A stretch of 64,000 nucleotides of DNA, from positions 32,001 to 96,000 of the IMG/VR virus record IMGVR_UViG_3300035208_001807. One strand, given 5' to 3'. The notes beneath the pieces were generated by a model. That model saw only the letters and a list, made by a program, of their open reading frames with translations, was not told the origin of the DNA and made no database searches. This document shows, in pieces, positions 32,244-40,315 of the stretch (its first letter is position 1; each line of letters starts with the position of its first letter). A program made the position numbers and the translations under genes. Source of the stretch: a virus (lineage: Duplodnaviria > Caudoviricetes).

Positions 32244-32310
32244 TGGTGTAGTGGTAGCATTGGTGACTCCAAATCTCCAGGTGGGAGTTCGATTCTCTCT
32301 TAACGTGCCA
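32237..32310 (+). tRNA. tRNA-Trp (CCA), replacement copy
   Basis: ACGTTAA/TTAACGT acceptor, GGTGA-CT-CCA-AA-TCTCC, GCCA. Confidence 0.85.
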
Positions 32311-32320
32311 AATTAAGTAG

Positions 32321-32351
32321 ACAGTGGGTTCGACTCCTACCTGCCGTGCCA
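32321..32351 (+). pseudogene. 3' half of disrupted tRNA-Trp
   Basis: GTGGG-TTCGACT-CCTAC then CTGCCGT-GCCA. Confidence 0.85.
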
Positions 32352-32370
32352 TCTACTTTAAGGAACTAGC

Positions 32371-32871
32371 ATGAAGAAGATTGCCCAGTTTGTTGATGAA
32401 GCCTCAGGGCTTATCTTTAAGACTGCGAAAGCAGCTCTTAAGTCTGAGAATAAGCACCGCTCTATCAAGAAGATCTTTTCTTGGATAGGTAACCGCGAGA
32501 AGCGGACTCGGCGCAAGGGTGAAGACGACTGTAAATTCGCCAATGGTGGATGGTCTATCCAATGGTCGGAGGCTGATTACGAACGCCTCATCAATTGCAT
32601 TTGGCAGGCTGTTCATGATCATGAGAGGTGGATCTATAACCAGTATAAGGGAGGCCTTACTCTAGGCCAGATAAGGGGCCAAAGTGCACTAGGTCACTAC
32701 CTCAGTGATAACGATAGCTCTATTTATCACTGGTATACCTTGCAGATGGAAATCTGTCCTAAGTGTTTCCGGCAGTATGGACAGCCCTACTATGCAATCA
32801 ATTGTCATTGTGATGGCACTTCGGGCGGAAGTGGCCGCGCCCATACAATTCCCACTCGGGAATTAGACTAG
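32371..32871 (+). CDS. Hypothetical protein
   Basis: AAGGA RBS; 166-aa ORF. Confidence 0.65.
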   Translation: MKKIAQFVDEASGLIFKTAKAALKSENKHRSIKKIFSWIGNREKRTRRKGEDDCKFANGGWSIQWSEADYERLINCIWQAVHDHERWIYNQYKGGLTLGQIRGQSALGHYLSDNDSSIYHWYTLQMEICPKCFRQYGQPYYAINCHCDGTSGGSGRAHTIPTRELD

Positions 32872-32918
32872 TAATACTAGACAGTGTGTAAGAAATACTA
32901 TATAGTTTTACTTACAAT

Positions 32919-32992
32919 GCTTCTATAGCTCAACGGCAGAGCGCCTGGTTGAAGCCCAGGAGATGGTGGTTCGAAACCATCTGGGAGCACCA
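32919..32992 (+). tRNA. tRNA-Phe (GAA)
   Basis: CCTGG-TT-GAA-GC-CCAGG, ACCA. Confidence 0.9.
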
Positions 32993-32994
32993 AT

Positions 32995-33072
32995 GGGGGA
33001 TGGGACTGCACAGGGTGGTCGCCTGCTTTGCAAGCAGGATTCAGGTGGGAGCGTTACCCACATCCTCCACCA
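32995..33072 (+). tRNA. tRNA-Ala (TGC) with atypical T-loop
   Basis: G3:U70, CCTGC-TT-TGC-AA-GCAGG, T-loop AGCGTTA. Confidence 0.8.
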
Positions 33073-33160
33073 TATGAAAGCGGACCTAGCTAGGATGCCG
33101 GCCCCATTTAGGGGGTGCGGGCTCCCCTAGATAACCACCCGCTCACTTGAGGATGTGTAC

Positions 33161-33185
33161 TCCGAGGTAGCTTGAAGGTCAAGCA
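33161..33185 (+). pseudogene. 5' part of disrupted tRNA-Asn
   Basis: TCCGAGG-TA-GCTT-GAAGGTC-AAGC-A; pairs with TCTCGGA-GCCA at 33720-33730. Confidence 0.8.
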
Positions 33186-33565
33186 ATCTTGTCATGGATT
33201 TCAGCATGGCAGTTAGAGCAGACAAGGATACACTTGTCCAACTCTTTTACTGTCCTTTTCCATGAGACATTAGTTGATCCGATACCAAAGTCTTTTTGGC
33301 TAGGATCCTTGTGGTGGAATTGTAAAGCTCTGGGTGACTTCTTGTAGTTACAAATACTACAAGCTCCTCCGAGATATTCAATAGCTCTCAGCTTTCTGCG
33401 CTGACGCCACTCGATAACAGAGTCGACTGGAGATTTATTAGTAGAAAGTCTACTAATACGTAGTTTTTCTCGGTACTCAGATTTACAGCTAGATGAGCAG
33501 TATGGACTTGACTTAGTGATAAGTCTTCCGCAACTCTTGCAGTGGTTAGTTAGCTTGTGTGTCAT
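33179..33565 (-). CDS. HNH endonuclease, antisense to the tRNAs
   Basis: CSIC...LQFHHKDP...CILVCSNCH. Confidence 0.88.
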   Translation of the reverse strand: MTHKLTNHCKSCGRLITKSSPYCSSSCKSEYREKLRISRLSTNKSPVDSVIEWRQRRKLRAIEYLGGACSICNYKKSPRALQFHHKDPSQKDFGIGSTNVSWKRTVKELDKCILVCSNCHAEIHDKIA

Positions 33566-33687
33566 GTATGTTCCTGGGTAGGAAAATTGGTAACCCCAAC
33601 CGGCTGTTAACCGGTAGAGCGTAAGCTCACTGTTGGTTCGAGTCCAACCTCAGGAGCCATATTCATTGTAACATGCTTAACCGAGAA
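33186..33687. mobile_element. Cassette of antisense HNH and replacement tRNA-Asn inserted in tRNA-Asn
   Basis: Lies between the two tRNA-Asn parts. Confidence 0.78.
33572..33659 (+). tRNA. tRNA-Asn (GTT), replacement copy with long variable arm
   Basis: TCCTGGG/CTCAGGA, ACCGG-CT-GTT-AA-CCGGT, GCCA. Confidence 0.85.
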
Positions 33688-33693
33688 TGTTAA
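33665..33693 (-). promoter_or_regulatory. Sigma70-like promoter for the antisense HNH
   Basis: Minus strand TTAACA-N17-TACAAT; the -35 is the old anticodon loop TGTTAA. Confidence 0.65.
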
Positions 33694-33730
33694 GGAGAAG
33701 TTTCTGGTTCGATTCCAGATCTCGGAGCCA
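33688..33730 (+). pseudogene. 3' part of disrupted tRNA-Asn (retains T-GTT-AA)
   Basis: TGTTAA-GGAG..TCTGG-TTCGATT-CCAGA-TCTCGGA-GCCA. Confidence 0.8.
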
Positions 33731-33895
33731 TTGAGAATATGATGCATAACCGTTTCCGTAAGAACTTTGATCGTTGTGAGGATTTCATTCCTAAGAAGGG
33801 GACGAATCCTAACAAGTTACTTACTGCTTGTAAGCGATACTGGAACCGGTGGCGGAGACGCCAACAGAAGAAGGCTAAGAACGAGGAGTTCTAGT

Positions 33896-33929
33896 TCCGG
33901 GATCGTCTAGCGGTAGGACATCGGCCTTT
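33896..33929 (+). pseudogene. 5' half of disrupted tRNA-Gln
   Basis: TCCGGGA-TC-GTCTAGCGGTAGGAC-A-TCGGC-CT-TT; pairs with TCCCGGA-TCCA at 34602-34612. Confidence 0.85.
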
Positions 33930-34574
33930 TCGGTTGACGTGCGTCACTTACATTGCTAAGATATTAGCAGGTGGTCCAAAGGTAAGACAGTAGGTTTTGA
34001 TCCTACCAATGCAGGTTCGAGTCCTGCCCTGCTAACCACCTTAGGTGGCTTAGTATGACAACTAATTGGAGAAACAGACCAAGGGCCAAGAGAAGTGTTG
34101 TTTGGACAATTCCACGTGCTGAGTTTGCTGAGCTTTGTCGCACCTCAACTTCTATAGGCCAGATTCTAAAGAAGTTTGGTCTTGTTAATAAAGGTGGTAA
34201 TAAAACCACGGTAGAGCGCCGAGCTAAAGAAGATGGAGTTAGTCTTTCGCATATTGCGCGCGGCTTGGCTTCAAACTTTGGAAGGAAGTTTGGTCCTGCA
34301 TATAATAGATTACCTCTAAGTGAGGTCTTTTGTGTAGGGAGTAGGGCTAGCCGAAAAGCTGTTAAGAGTAGAGTTCTAGGTCTTGGACTCATTCCGAATA
34401 GGTGTGTCCTTTGTGGCTGTCCTCCACTCTGGCATGATAAGTTACTCATTCTTGTCTTAGACCATATTAATGGTATCCCAAATGATAACCGTATAGAGAA
34501 TCTGAGATTAGTTTGTCCAAACTGTAACAGTCAGACTTCCACATTTACGGGACGTAATAACAGGAAGAGAGTTT
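33930..34574 (+). mobile_element. Cassette of promoter, replacement tRNA-Gln and HNH inserted in tRNA-Gln
   Basis: TTGACG-N17-TAAGAT at 33934-33962; tRNA; HNH. Confidence 0.8.
33965..34038 (+). tRNA. tRNA-Gln (TTG), replacement copy
   Basis: U1:A72, GTAGG-TT-TTG-AT-CCTAC, ACCA. Confidence 0.9.
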
Positions 34575-34576
34575 AG
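34055..34576 (+). CDS. HNH endonuclease
   Basis: CVLC...LDHINGIPNDNRIENLRLVCPNCNS. Confidence 0.9.
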   Translation: MTTNWRNRPRAKRSVVWTIPRAEFAELCRTSTSIGQILKKFGLVNKGGNKTTVERRAKEDGVSLSHIARGLASNFGRKFGPAYNRLPLSEVFCVGSRASRKAVKSRVLGLGLIPNRCVLCGCPPLWHDKLLILVLDHINGIPNDNRIENLRLVCPNCNSQTSTFTGRNNRKRV

Positions 34577-34612
34577 CCGCGAAGCGGGGTTCGAGTCCCT
34601 GTCCCGGATCCA
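34575..34612 (+). pseudogene. 3' half of disrupted tRNA-Gln
   Basis: AGCCGC-GAAG-CGGGG-TTCGAGT-CCCTG-TCCCGGA-TCCA. Confidence 0.85.
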
Positions 34613-35021
34613 ACGAGGATAGAATGTTCAACCCAGGCGACATCGTGATGTCTAAAGATGGAGAGGATGGTCCGTTTGTTGTCCTTAAGGACGATGGGGT
34701 CAACTTCTCTACTTGTCACATCGGTAAGCCAAGTGTTGGAGTTGTATCCAAACAATCCCTATTTGTCCCGATTAAGCGACAAGGACAATATGGAGGACAC
34801 TGGAAAACGAACGCCTTTGACAGAATTGGGGCTATCTATCGCTGGGCAGAGCCTACTGCTTATACTCGCTTTAAGCAGAACCATAAACTTGTACTATCCG
34901 ATGTTGAGCCAGGGGGCCCAACACGAGAAGAGATTCTTAAGCGTATTCAGTCCGGGCATCGTGTCCGGAAGAAGAAGATAGCTAAGAGGAAATCCCGACT
35001 GGCGTACATTACGGAGTAGTT

Positions 35022-35387
35022 ATGGCCTTACGTAGATTCGAATGTGTTGAGGGTACCTCAAACAAGTTCTGGGAGATCGATGATGAGCCCCGGCCGGGAC
35101 GTGGGTATCCAATCTCTTATGGACGCATAGGGGTCACTGCTAATCCCTATTATAAGATAATGAGTGGTTCAGAGTTCCGGAAGATGGTTGCTTCCAAGCT
35201 TGCGAAGGGGTATCGCGAGGTGGTTCCTTTACCCCATGGCGGCACTGGACATGAGCCGCGGCCTTTGCTAAGACGCCTCTCTGGCCCTCAACAGAGGAAC
35301 TTAAAGCGTAAAGCAGTAAGGATTGAGAAAGCTGTTCGTAAGAGAGCAATGCGTACAACGCCTCATCTCTCTTCGTTGGTAGATTGA
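35022..35387 (+). CDS. WGR-domain protein with LxxLVD C-terminus
   Basis: SNKFWEI, YGRIG and KLAKGYRE motifs; ends HLSSLVD. Confidence 0.75.
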   Translation: MALRRFECVEGTSNKFWEIDDEPRPGRGYPISYGRIGVTANPYYKIMSGSEFRKMVASKLAKGYREVVPLPHGGTGHEPRPLLRRLSGPQQRNLKRKAVRIEKAVRKRAMRTTPHLSSLVD

Positions 35388-35388
35388 C

Positions 35389-35464
35389 GCGCTTCTAGCT
35401 CAACTGGTAGAGCATCACCTTGATAAGGTGGGGGTTTCCGGTTCAAATCCGGGGAAGCGCACCA
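35389..35464 (+). tRNA. tRNA-Ile (GAT)
   Basis: TCACC-TT-GAT-AA-GGTGG, ACCA. Confidence 0.9.
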
Positions 35465-35469
35465 TAAAC

Positions 35470-35543
35470 TCAGGGATCGTCTAATGGTAGGACGGCACCC
35501 TCTGAAGGTGCGTATAGTGGTTCGAATCCATTTCCCTGAACCA
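35470..35543 (+). tRNA. tRNA-Gln (CTG)
   Basis: GCACC-CT-CTG-AA-GGTGC, U1:A72. Confidence 0.9.
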
Positions 35544-35549
35544 TTTAAG

Positions 35550-35712
35550 TTAGTACTGATAAATCCGTAGGGAGCCTCTTCGGGGTTTAAAACCTTATGA
35601 GACCGAATAGAAACGGAGTATTCTAAGTCGGCCATGTTAGGCCCACGTTAAAAGCATGCAGCGTACTGTCCGACAATGCATGTGTAGAGCCCTACGGTGT
35701 TATGAGTACTAA
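35550..35712 (+). ncRNA. Candidate structured ncRNA with a long closing stem
   Basis: TTAGTACT...CCGTAGGG pairs with CCCTACGG...AGTACTAA; no plus-strand ORF. Confidence 0.4.
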
Positions 35713-35815
35713 AAGAGTTTTGATGGGGCCTGGAGCTTAGTGGCTCCCATTGCATTAGAGGTCATAATCAGATGCAAGAAAATGACCTGGGCCTATGAGG
35801 ACTTAAGGAGAATAT

Positions 35816-36346
35816 ATGTCAGCGGATCATAAGACATGTTGGATCGAATGTGAGTGCGGGGATTATGATTGTGCCTCTCGTATTGAGGTATGGCACGATG
35901 AGGCTGATAACACTCATGAGTTTTACTTCTCCTATCAACCAGAACAGTATCCTAAGTATGAGACAGATAGAAATTATCTTAGCTATATTAATGGGCGCGA
36001 TAATTGGCACTGGTTTCAATTTAAGTGTTGGTTGAGGGGAGTCAAGTTATATTTCCGCAATATATGGTATGCAATTACTGGTAAGCCCCAGTGGTGGTAT
36101 GCTAACATGTCTTGGGGTCCAGAGCAAGCTAAGAAGTTATCTGATTTTATTCGTGAGAATTTACCTGATGAACCTAAGGTTCTTGATCGTAGATTAGATG
36201 GTACTGCATTTGATCCTAGAGTAAAAGGTACTATAGGAGATGTGCAATTAGCATGTCCTAAATGCGGGAATAATAAGTGGACCTATTCAGATGGTCCAAT
36301 CATCTGTTCTAGGTGTTATACTGAAAGACCGGAAGAGAAGAAGTAA
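35816..36346 (+). CDS. Hypothetical protein with C-terminal Zn ribbon
   Basis: AAGGAG RBS; CPKC...CSRC. Confidence 0.65.
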   Translation: MSADHKTCWIECECGDYDCASRIEVWHDEADNTHEFYFSYQPEQYPKYETDRNYLSYINGRDNWHWFQFKCWLRGVKLYFRNIWYAITGKPQWWYANMSWGPEQAKKLSDFIRENLPDEPKVLDRRLDGTAFDPRVKGTIGDVQLACPKCGNNKWTYSDGPIICSRCYTERPEEKK

Positions 36347-36486
36347 TGGATAACTATCCTTTTACTTATGAAAAGTGTGTTTCCTGGTATCAGGTAAAGC
36401 GTAAGCCTACCTCGAAGTGTTCTGTTTGCCTGAAGATTTGGCGAGCAACAGAAGCTGCCCGAAAATGGCTCAAGTCTATGTGACTT

Positions 36487-36562
36487 GGGTCTGTAGCTTA
36501 GCAGCTAAAGCAACCGCCCTTTAAGCGGTATATCGTGGGTGCGAGTCCCATCAGGCCCACCA
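36487..36562 (+). tRNA. tRNA-Lys (TTT)
   Basis: ACCGC-CC-TTT-AA-GCGGT (C33), ACCA. Confidence 0.85.
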
Positions 36563-36580
36563 ATTTGAGGTAGCTAACGT

Positions 36581-36657
36581 GCCCTGGTAGCTCAGCCTGG
36601 TAGAGCTTCCGCCTTGTAAGCGGAGGGTCGTCGGTTCGAATCCGACCTGGGGCTCCA
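36581..36657 (+). tRNA. tRNA-Thr (TGT)
   Basis: TCCGC-CT-TGT-AA-GCGGA. Confidence 0.92.
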
Positions 36658-36659
36658 AT

Positions 36660-36734
36660 GCTACGATGGTCCAATGGTCACGACATCGGAATTTCAATCC
36701 GATAATCCGGGTTCAATTCCCGGTCGCAGTGCCA
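36660..36734 (+). tRNA. tRNA-Glu (TTC)
   Basis: TCGGA-AT-TTC-AA-TCCGA, GCCA. Confidence 0.85.
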
Positions 36735-36909
36735 TTGATGTAGACGCGGCCCGACGGTGCAAGCGGAAGCTATTCGGGCTTGACGGATAAGCTAGAGATT
36801 CATGCAAAGTATGGTTATTATGTCATACAGCGGCACTGACGTGGTGCTAAAGGGCATAGCTCACGTACTCTAAGTGATATCTGGTTATCATGTGACTTGG
36901 AAGGCTTGA

Positions 36910-36984
36910 GCTCGCTTAGGCCAGCGGTAGACCGCCTGTTTTACATACAGGATGTCGGGGGTTCGATTCCCTCAGCGAGCACCA
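36910..36984 (+). tRNA. tRNA-Val (TAC)
   Basis: CCTGT-TT-TAC-AT-ACAGG, ACCA. Confidence 0.9.
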
Positions 36985-37008
36985 TTTGCGAACGATCCTG
37001 GAGGATCT

Positions 37009-37389
37009 ATGTTTCTTAAGATACTAGTCGCGATACTTACTATAGCTGTTATAGTTATAGTAATCGGCGCAGCCCTGCTCTTCAATGCTTACATTGCTTC
37101 TAGCATCTACCAGATGCTTTTGCAGCCCATTATCAAGGTTGCTCTACCCCTCTACTTCTTCATGGGTTTATGCCTGGTGTGGGGTGTCATGATTGACTCA
37201 GGACTTAGGACTAATCTCCTGACTGATATTCACAAACGTCTTTGCAATCGTGACGACCTTGGTATAGCAACCAACGGGAATGAAGTCCATAAGACTTTCA
37301 TGAATAAGGCTTTCTTCAAGGATATATTCATCATTCCGCTCACAGCTTGGGGAGTAGCTTTTATCATTCATTGGGTTGTGGGGTGCTAG
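37009..37389 (+). CDS. Membrane protein
   Basis: GGAGG RBS before ATG 37009; hydrophobic helices. Confidence 0.65.
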   Translation: MFLKILVAILTIAVIVIVIGAALLFNAYIASSIYQMLLQPIIKVALPLYFFMGLCLVWGVMIDSGLRTNLLTDIHKRLCNRDDLGIATNGNEVHKTFMNKAFFKDIFIIPLTAWGVAFIIHWVVGC

Positions 37390-37822
37390 GATGACTAAGC
37401 TTCATGATGCAATCTCTGAGTATCAGTGTCCCGGTTGTGTCTGCGGCGGTGCCCCATCGCAGAATTGTGAAGCTCTCAAATTGGACAAGGATGGTTGTTC
37501 TAAGCACGTTGTTGGAACATTCATTATGGGATTAGGCCACATTGTCCTCGGCTTACCAAAGGGTTTTGCTAGGGTTAGCGAAACGCAGGGTAAGATTCGT
37601 ATCTTCCCTACTAAGGAAGATTACGCTTCACATGAGTACGATCACTTCAATGTGCCTGTATGGAAGTATAAGAATGAAAAGGGGCATGTTCTAGTTCGGG
37701 TATATATGCCGCGAATCGATACGAGTAGCATCCATATCCACATGGATGGCAGCTACTTTCATGAGATCCGAGCTACTTATACAGTTACAGACGAGATGCT
37801 GAAGGGAATGACTTCCTAGAAT

Positions 37823-37896
37823 GGGTTCCTAGTTCAGTGGTAGAACAGCAGACTCTTAATCTGCCTATCTGGGTCCGATTCCCAGGGAGCCCACCA
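37823..37896 (+). tRNA. tRNA-Lys (CTT)
   Basis: GCAGA-CT-CTT-AA-TCTGC. Confidence 0.9.
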
Positions 37897-37899
37897 ATT

Positions 37900-37973
37900 G
37901 CGGGATTGGTGTAATGGTAGCAAGTCACGTTGCCAACGTGAAGGCGCGGGTCCGATTCCCGCATCCCGCTCCA
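37900..37973 (+). tRNA. tRNA-Gly (GCC)
   Basis: TCACG-TT-GCC-AA-CGTGA, U73. Confidence 0.92.
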
Positions 37974-37974
37974 T

Positions 37975-38046
37975 GGCTCGGGGTCCGGTGACCAACTTGG
38001 TTTCATAAGCCGGGTTTGCGTGGATCATCACCACGACGAGCTACCA
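37975..38046 (+). tRNA. Atypical tRNA (CAT)
   Basis: TT-CAT-AA loop, short D-arm, non-canonical T-loop ATCATCA, ACCA. Confidence 0.55.
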
Positions 38047-38060
38047 TTTAAGGAGCTAAA

Positions 38061-38327
38061 ATGAAGAAGGTTCTGTTCATGTTCATGCTATTCTTTGTTA
38101 TCCATCTTTCGGGTGGCAAAGATGTTGAGAGATACTACTTCCCTAACGCTGAATACAAGTGGCGCATTTGGGGAGGCGACGGCTCTGCCTATGTCGATGT
38201 AACAAGGAAGAAGAGTGGTTGTTGTGGCGACTCTGTATTTGTTGGATCTCTTCTGGCCGGATGGTACATCGTCGACTTTGGCGATGGGACTAAGCTCCCT
38301 AGTTCCTATGCGCCTATGACACCATAA
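38061..38327 (+). CDS. 88-aa protein with hydrophobic N-terminus
   Basis: AAGGAG RBS; resembles 48148-48414. Confidence 0.65.
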   Translation: MKKVLFMFMLFFVIHLSGGKDVERYYFPNAEYKWRIWGGDGSAYVDVTRKKSGCCGDSVFVGSLLAGWYIVDFGDGTKLPSSYAPMTP

Positions 38328-38433
38328 AGATCTTGACAAATCCATATAGGTAAAAAGTACATATGTGGATTATGGCCGATTCTAGATTGCCATGATTTTC
38401 CTGGAATCTGTGCAGCTGCAGTTAGTTTTAGAC

Positions 38434-38508
38434 GCGCCGATGGTCTAATGGAAGGGCCCTGGGTTACGGTCCCAGTGTATGTGGGTTCGAGTCCTACTCG
38501 GCGTACCA
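38434..38508 (+). tRNA. tRNA-Arg (ACG)
   Basis: CTGGG-TT-ACG-GT-CCCAG, ACCA. Confidence 0.88.
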
Positions 38509-38859
38509 TTTAGGGAGTTTGCAATGCCGCTATTCGATTTCATCAAGAAGAAGTTAGTGGAGAGGGAAATGCGTCTGTCTGATCCTAATCTGCTTCCTAA
38601 GGCTAAGCCTTCGAAGCCGAAGAAGGCTAAAGAGCCTAAGAAGTCTGCTCCTCGTCGTGAAGAGACTAATTGGCTTGAGCGGCGCCATCTCCATGTGGAA
38701 ACTACTGAAACCTCTTGGGCCTTCAATCCTAATACTCAGTTTGAGATTGAGACTAATGAGCGTTGTGCAGATTATGTATTTACTACGCCAGCTGGTAAGT
38801 TCGAAGCACGTATTCCCTATCGTACGGTTATCGAAATACATATAGAGGACTAATTTTTG

Positions 38860-38898
38860 GCCCTCTTAGCTCAGTGGTTAGAGCAGGAAACTCATAAT
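38860..38898 (+). pseudogene. 5' half of disrupted tRNA(CAT) (Met or Ile2)
   Basis: GCCCTCT-TA-GCTCAGTGGTTAGAGC..CT-CAT-AA; pairs with AGAGGGC-ACCA at 39461-39471. Confidence 0.85.
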
Positions 38899-38945
38899 GT
38901 TTACTTAGTAGTATGAGTGTGTTATAATAGCTTTAGGAGGCTATT

Positions 38946-39392
38946 ATGAACACACACTTATGTCCACGATGTAACAAGAGGGAAGAGTTTGGTATTAATA
39001 GACTAAAGAAAGATGGGATGCAGACTTCTTGTAAGAAGTGTCGCCAGCGATACCAGCGGGACTGGTATCAGAAGCATAAAAGGTTGCACAAAGCTAGAGC
39101 ATGGAAGTCAAATGAGTTAGTAAGAGTGCGCAATAGGAAGTTACGTGACTCTTACTTGCGATCTCATCCCTGTATTGATTGTGGTGAGAAAGATATAGAG
39201 GTTTTAACTTTCGATCATGTAAGAGGAGTAAAGCGCCTAGATATATGCAGTATGATAAGGCGTGCATTTACATGGAATACTATACTTAAAGAGATAGGAT
39301 TATGTGAAGTCAGGTGTGCTAACTGTCATACAAAAGTAACTAGGAAGAGACGTGAGGACATCAAGCTTAACGGTCGAGCAGCGTCCTCATAA
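38946..39392 (+). CDS. HNH endonuclease
   Basis: CIDC...LTFDH...CEVRCANCH; AGGAGG RBS; stop codon lies in the replacement tRNA anticodon loop. Confidence 0.88.
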   Translation: MNTHLCPRCNKREEFGINRLKKDGMQTSCKKCRQRYQRDWYQKHKRLHKARAWKSNELVRVRNRKLRDSYLRSHPCIDCGEKDIEVLTFDHVRGVKRLDICSMIRRAFTWNTILKEIGLCEVRCANCHTKVTRKRREDIKLNGRAASS

Positions 39393-39430
39393 GACGTTGG
39401 AACTGGGTTCAACTCCCAGGATGTCCACCA
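39356..39430 (+). tRNA. tRNA(CAT) (Met or Ile2), replacement copy
   Basis: GGACATC/GATGTCC, GCGTC-CT-CAT-AA-GACGT, ACCA. Confidence 0.88.
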
Positions 39431-39435
39431 TTAAT

Positions 39436-39471
39436 GCCTTGTCGAAGGTTCGAATCCTTCAGAGGGCACCA
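39436..39471 (+). pseudogene. 3' half of disrupted tRNA(CAT)
   Basis: GAAGG-TTCGAAT-CCTTC-AGAGGGC-ACCA. Confidence 0.85.
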
Positions 39472-39475
39472 TTAT

Positions 39476-39569
39476 CCTACTGGGTGGGTCGGTATCCTCG
39501 GGAGATTTATAACCTCCAGTTGCCCTAGATTGGGGCCGTAACCTGGGTCAGCACCAGGCAGTAGGACCA
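39476..39569 (+). tRNA. Atypical tRNA-Ile (TAT) with long variable arm
   Basis: CCTACTG/CAGTAGG acceptor, GGAGA-TT-TAT-AA-CCTCC, T-loop GTCAGCA. Confidence 0.65.
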
Positions 39570-39582
39570 TTAAGGAACTATC

Positions 39583-40125
39583 ATGAAGAAGACATTGTAC
39601 AAGACAAAGTTCTTATCTCTTATCTCCGAGAAGGGATGGGTTTGGGCGGAGCGTACTGGGCGAGATTATATTGACCACAGGCTAGATGTCTCAGCTATCT
39701 TGGCCTATACAGAAGATGACAAAGTTCTTCTTGTTGAGCAGTATCGCATACCTGTTGGCGCGAATGTCATCGAACTACCCGCTGGTTTGATTGATCCCGG
39801 TGAGCGTGCTTCCCAAGCAGCCATGCGTGAGTTGCTCGAAGAGACTGGCTATACCGCAGAGTGGAACTCTCGATTCCCTCAGCTTCTAGCTAAGGTTCCT
39901 TCTTCGGCTGGCTTGACTTCTGAGTGTACCTATGTGTATATTATGCCTAAGGTATCTAAGAAGCGTGGGTGGAAGCCTAATCCGAAGGAGCCGTTGAAGG
40001 TCCATAAGGTTGATATTTATGGGCTAGCTAAGTGGATTGCCAAGAAGAAGAATGAGGGGTGCTACATCGATCCTCGTGTTTATGTGGCCGTGGCAACAGG
40101 TTGGAACGGTTTTACGCCCAGGTAG
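39583..40125 (+). CDS. NUDIX hydrolase (ADP-ribose pyrophosphatase-like)
   Basis: LVEQYR.P..ELPAGLIDPGE...AAMRELLEETGY Nudix box. Confidence 0.9.
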   Translation: MKKTLYKTKFLSLISEKGWVWAERTGRDYIDHRLDVSAILAYTEDDKVLLVEQYRIPVGANVIELPAGLIDPGERASQAAMRELLEETGYTAEWNSRFPQLLAKVPSSAGLTSECTYVYIMPKVSKKRGWKPNPKEPLKVHKVDIYGLAKWIAKKKNEGCYIDPRVYVAVATGWNGFTPR

Positions 40126-40133
40126 ACCAATTT

Positions 40134-40209
40134 GTACCGGTAGCCCAACGGCAGAGGCATCTGGTTTAAGCCCAGACAAGTGTGGGTTCGAATCCCTCTC
40201 GGTACGCCA
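40134..40209 (+). tRNA. tRNA-Leu (TAA) with short variable loop
   Basis: TCTGG-TT-TAA-GC-CCAGA; G73. Confidence 0.8.
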
Positions 40210-40214
40210 TATAT

Positions 40215-40303
40215 GGGCCGTAGTTCTAAGGGCAGAACAACCAGCGATGGCAGCATGCCTAGACCTAGGGAGATGGGAGGTTCAAGTCCTCCCCGGTCCA
40301 CCA
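40215..40303 (+). tRNA. tRNA-like gene with aberrant anticodon arm
   Basis: Normal D-arm, T-arm and CCA; no 5-bp stem with 7-nt loop. Confidence 0.5.
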
Positions 40304-40315
40304 AGTTGAGGAATT

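Larger units (their letters stand above)
31845..32320 (+). mobile_element. Cassette of promoter, HNH and replacement tRNA-Trp inserted in tRNA-Trp
   Basis: TGnTATAAT at 31871-31879; HNH; intact tRNA-Trp. Confidence 0.8.
38899..39435 (+). mobile_element. Cassette of promoter, HNH and replacement tRNA(CAT) inserted in tRNA(CAT)
   Basis: TTTACT-N17-TATAAT at 38900-38928; HNH; intact CAT tRNA. Confidence 0.8.

Noticed and set aside
31808-32351. Integrase-type attL/attR duplication of a tRNA 3' end
   Set aside because: The inner tRNA and the outer 3' half differ in sequence, the matching 5' half is present upstream, and no integrase is seen in the window.
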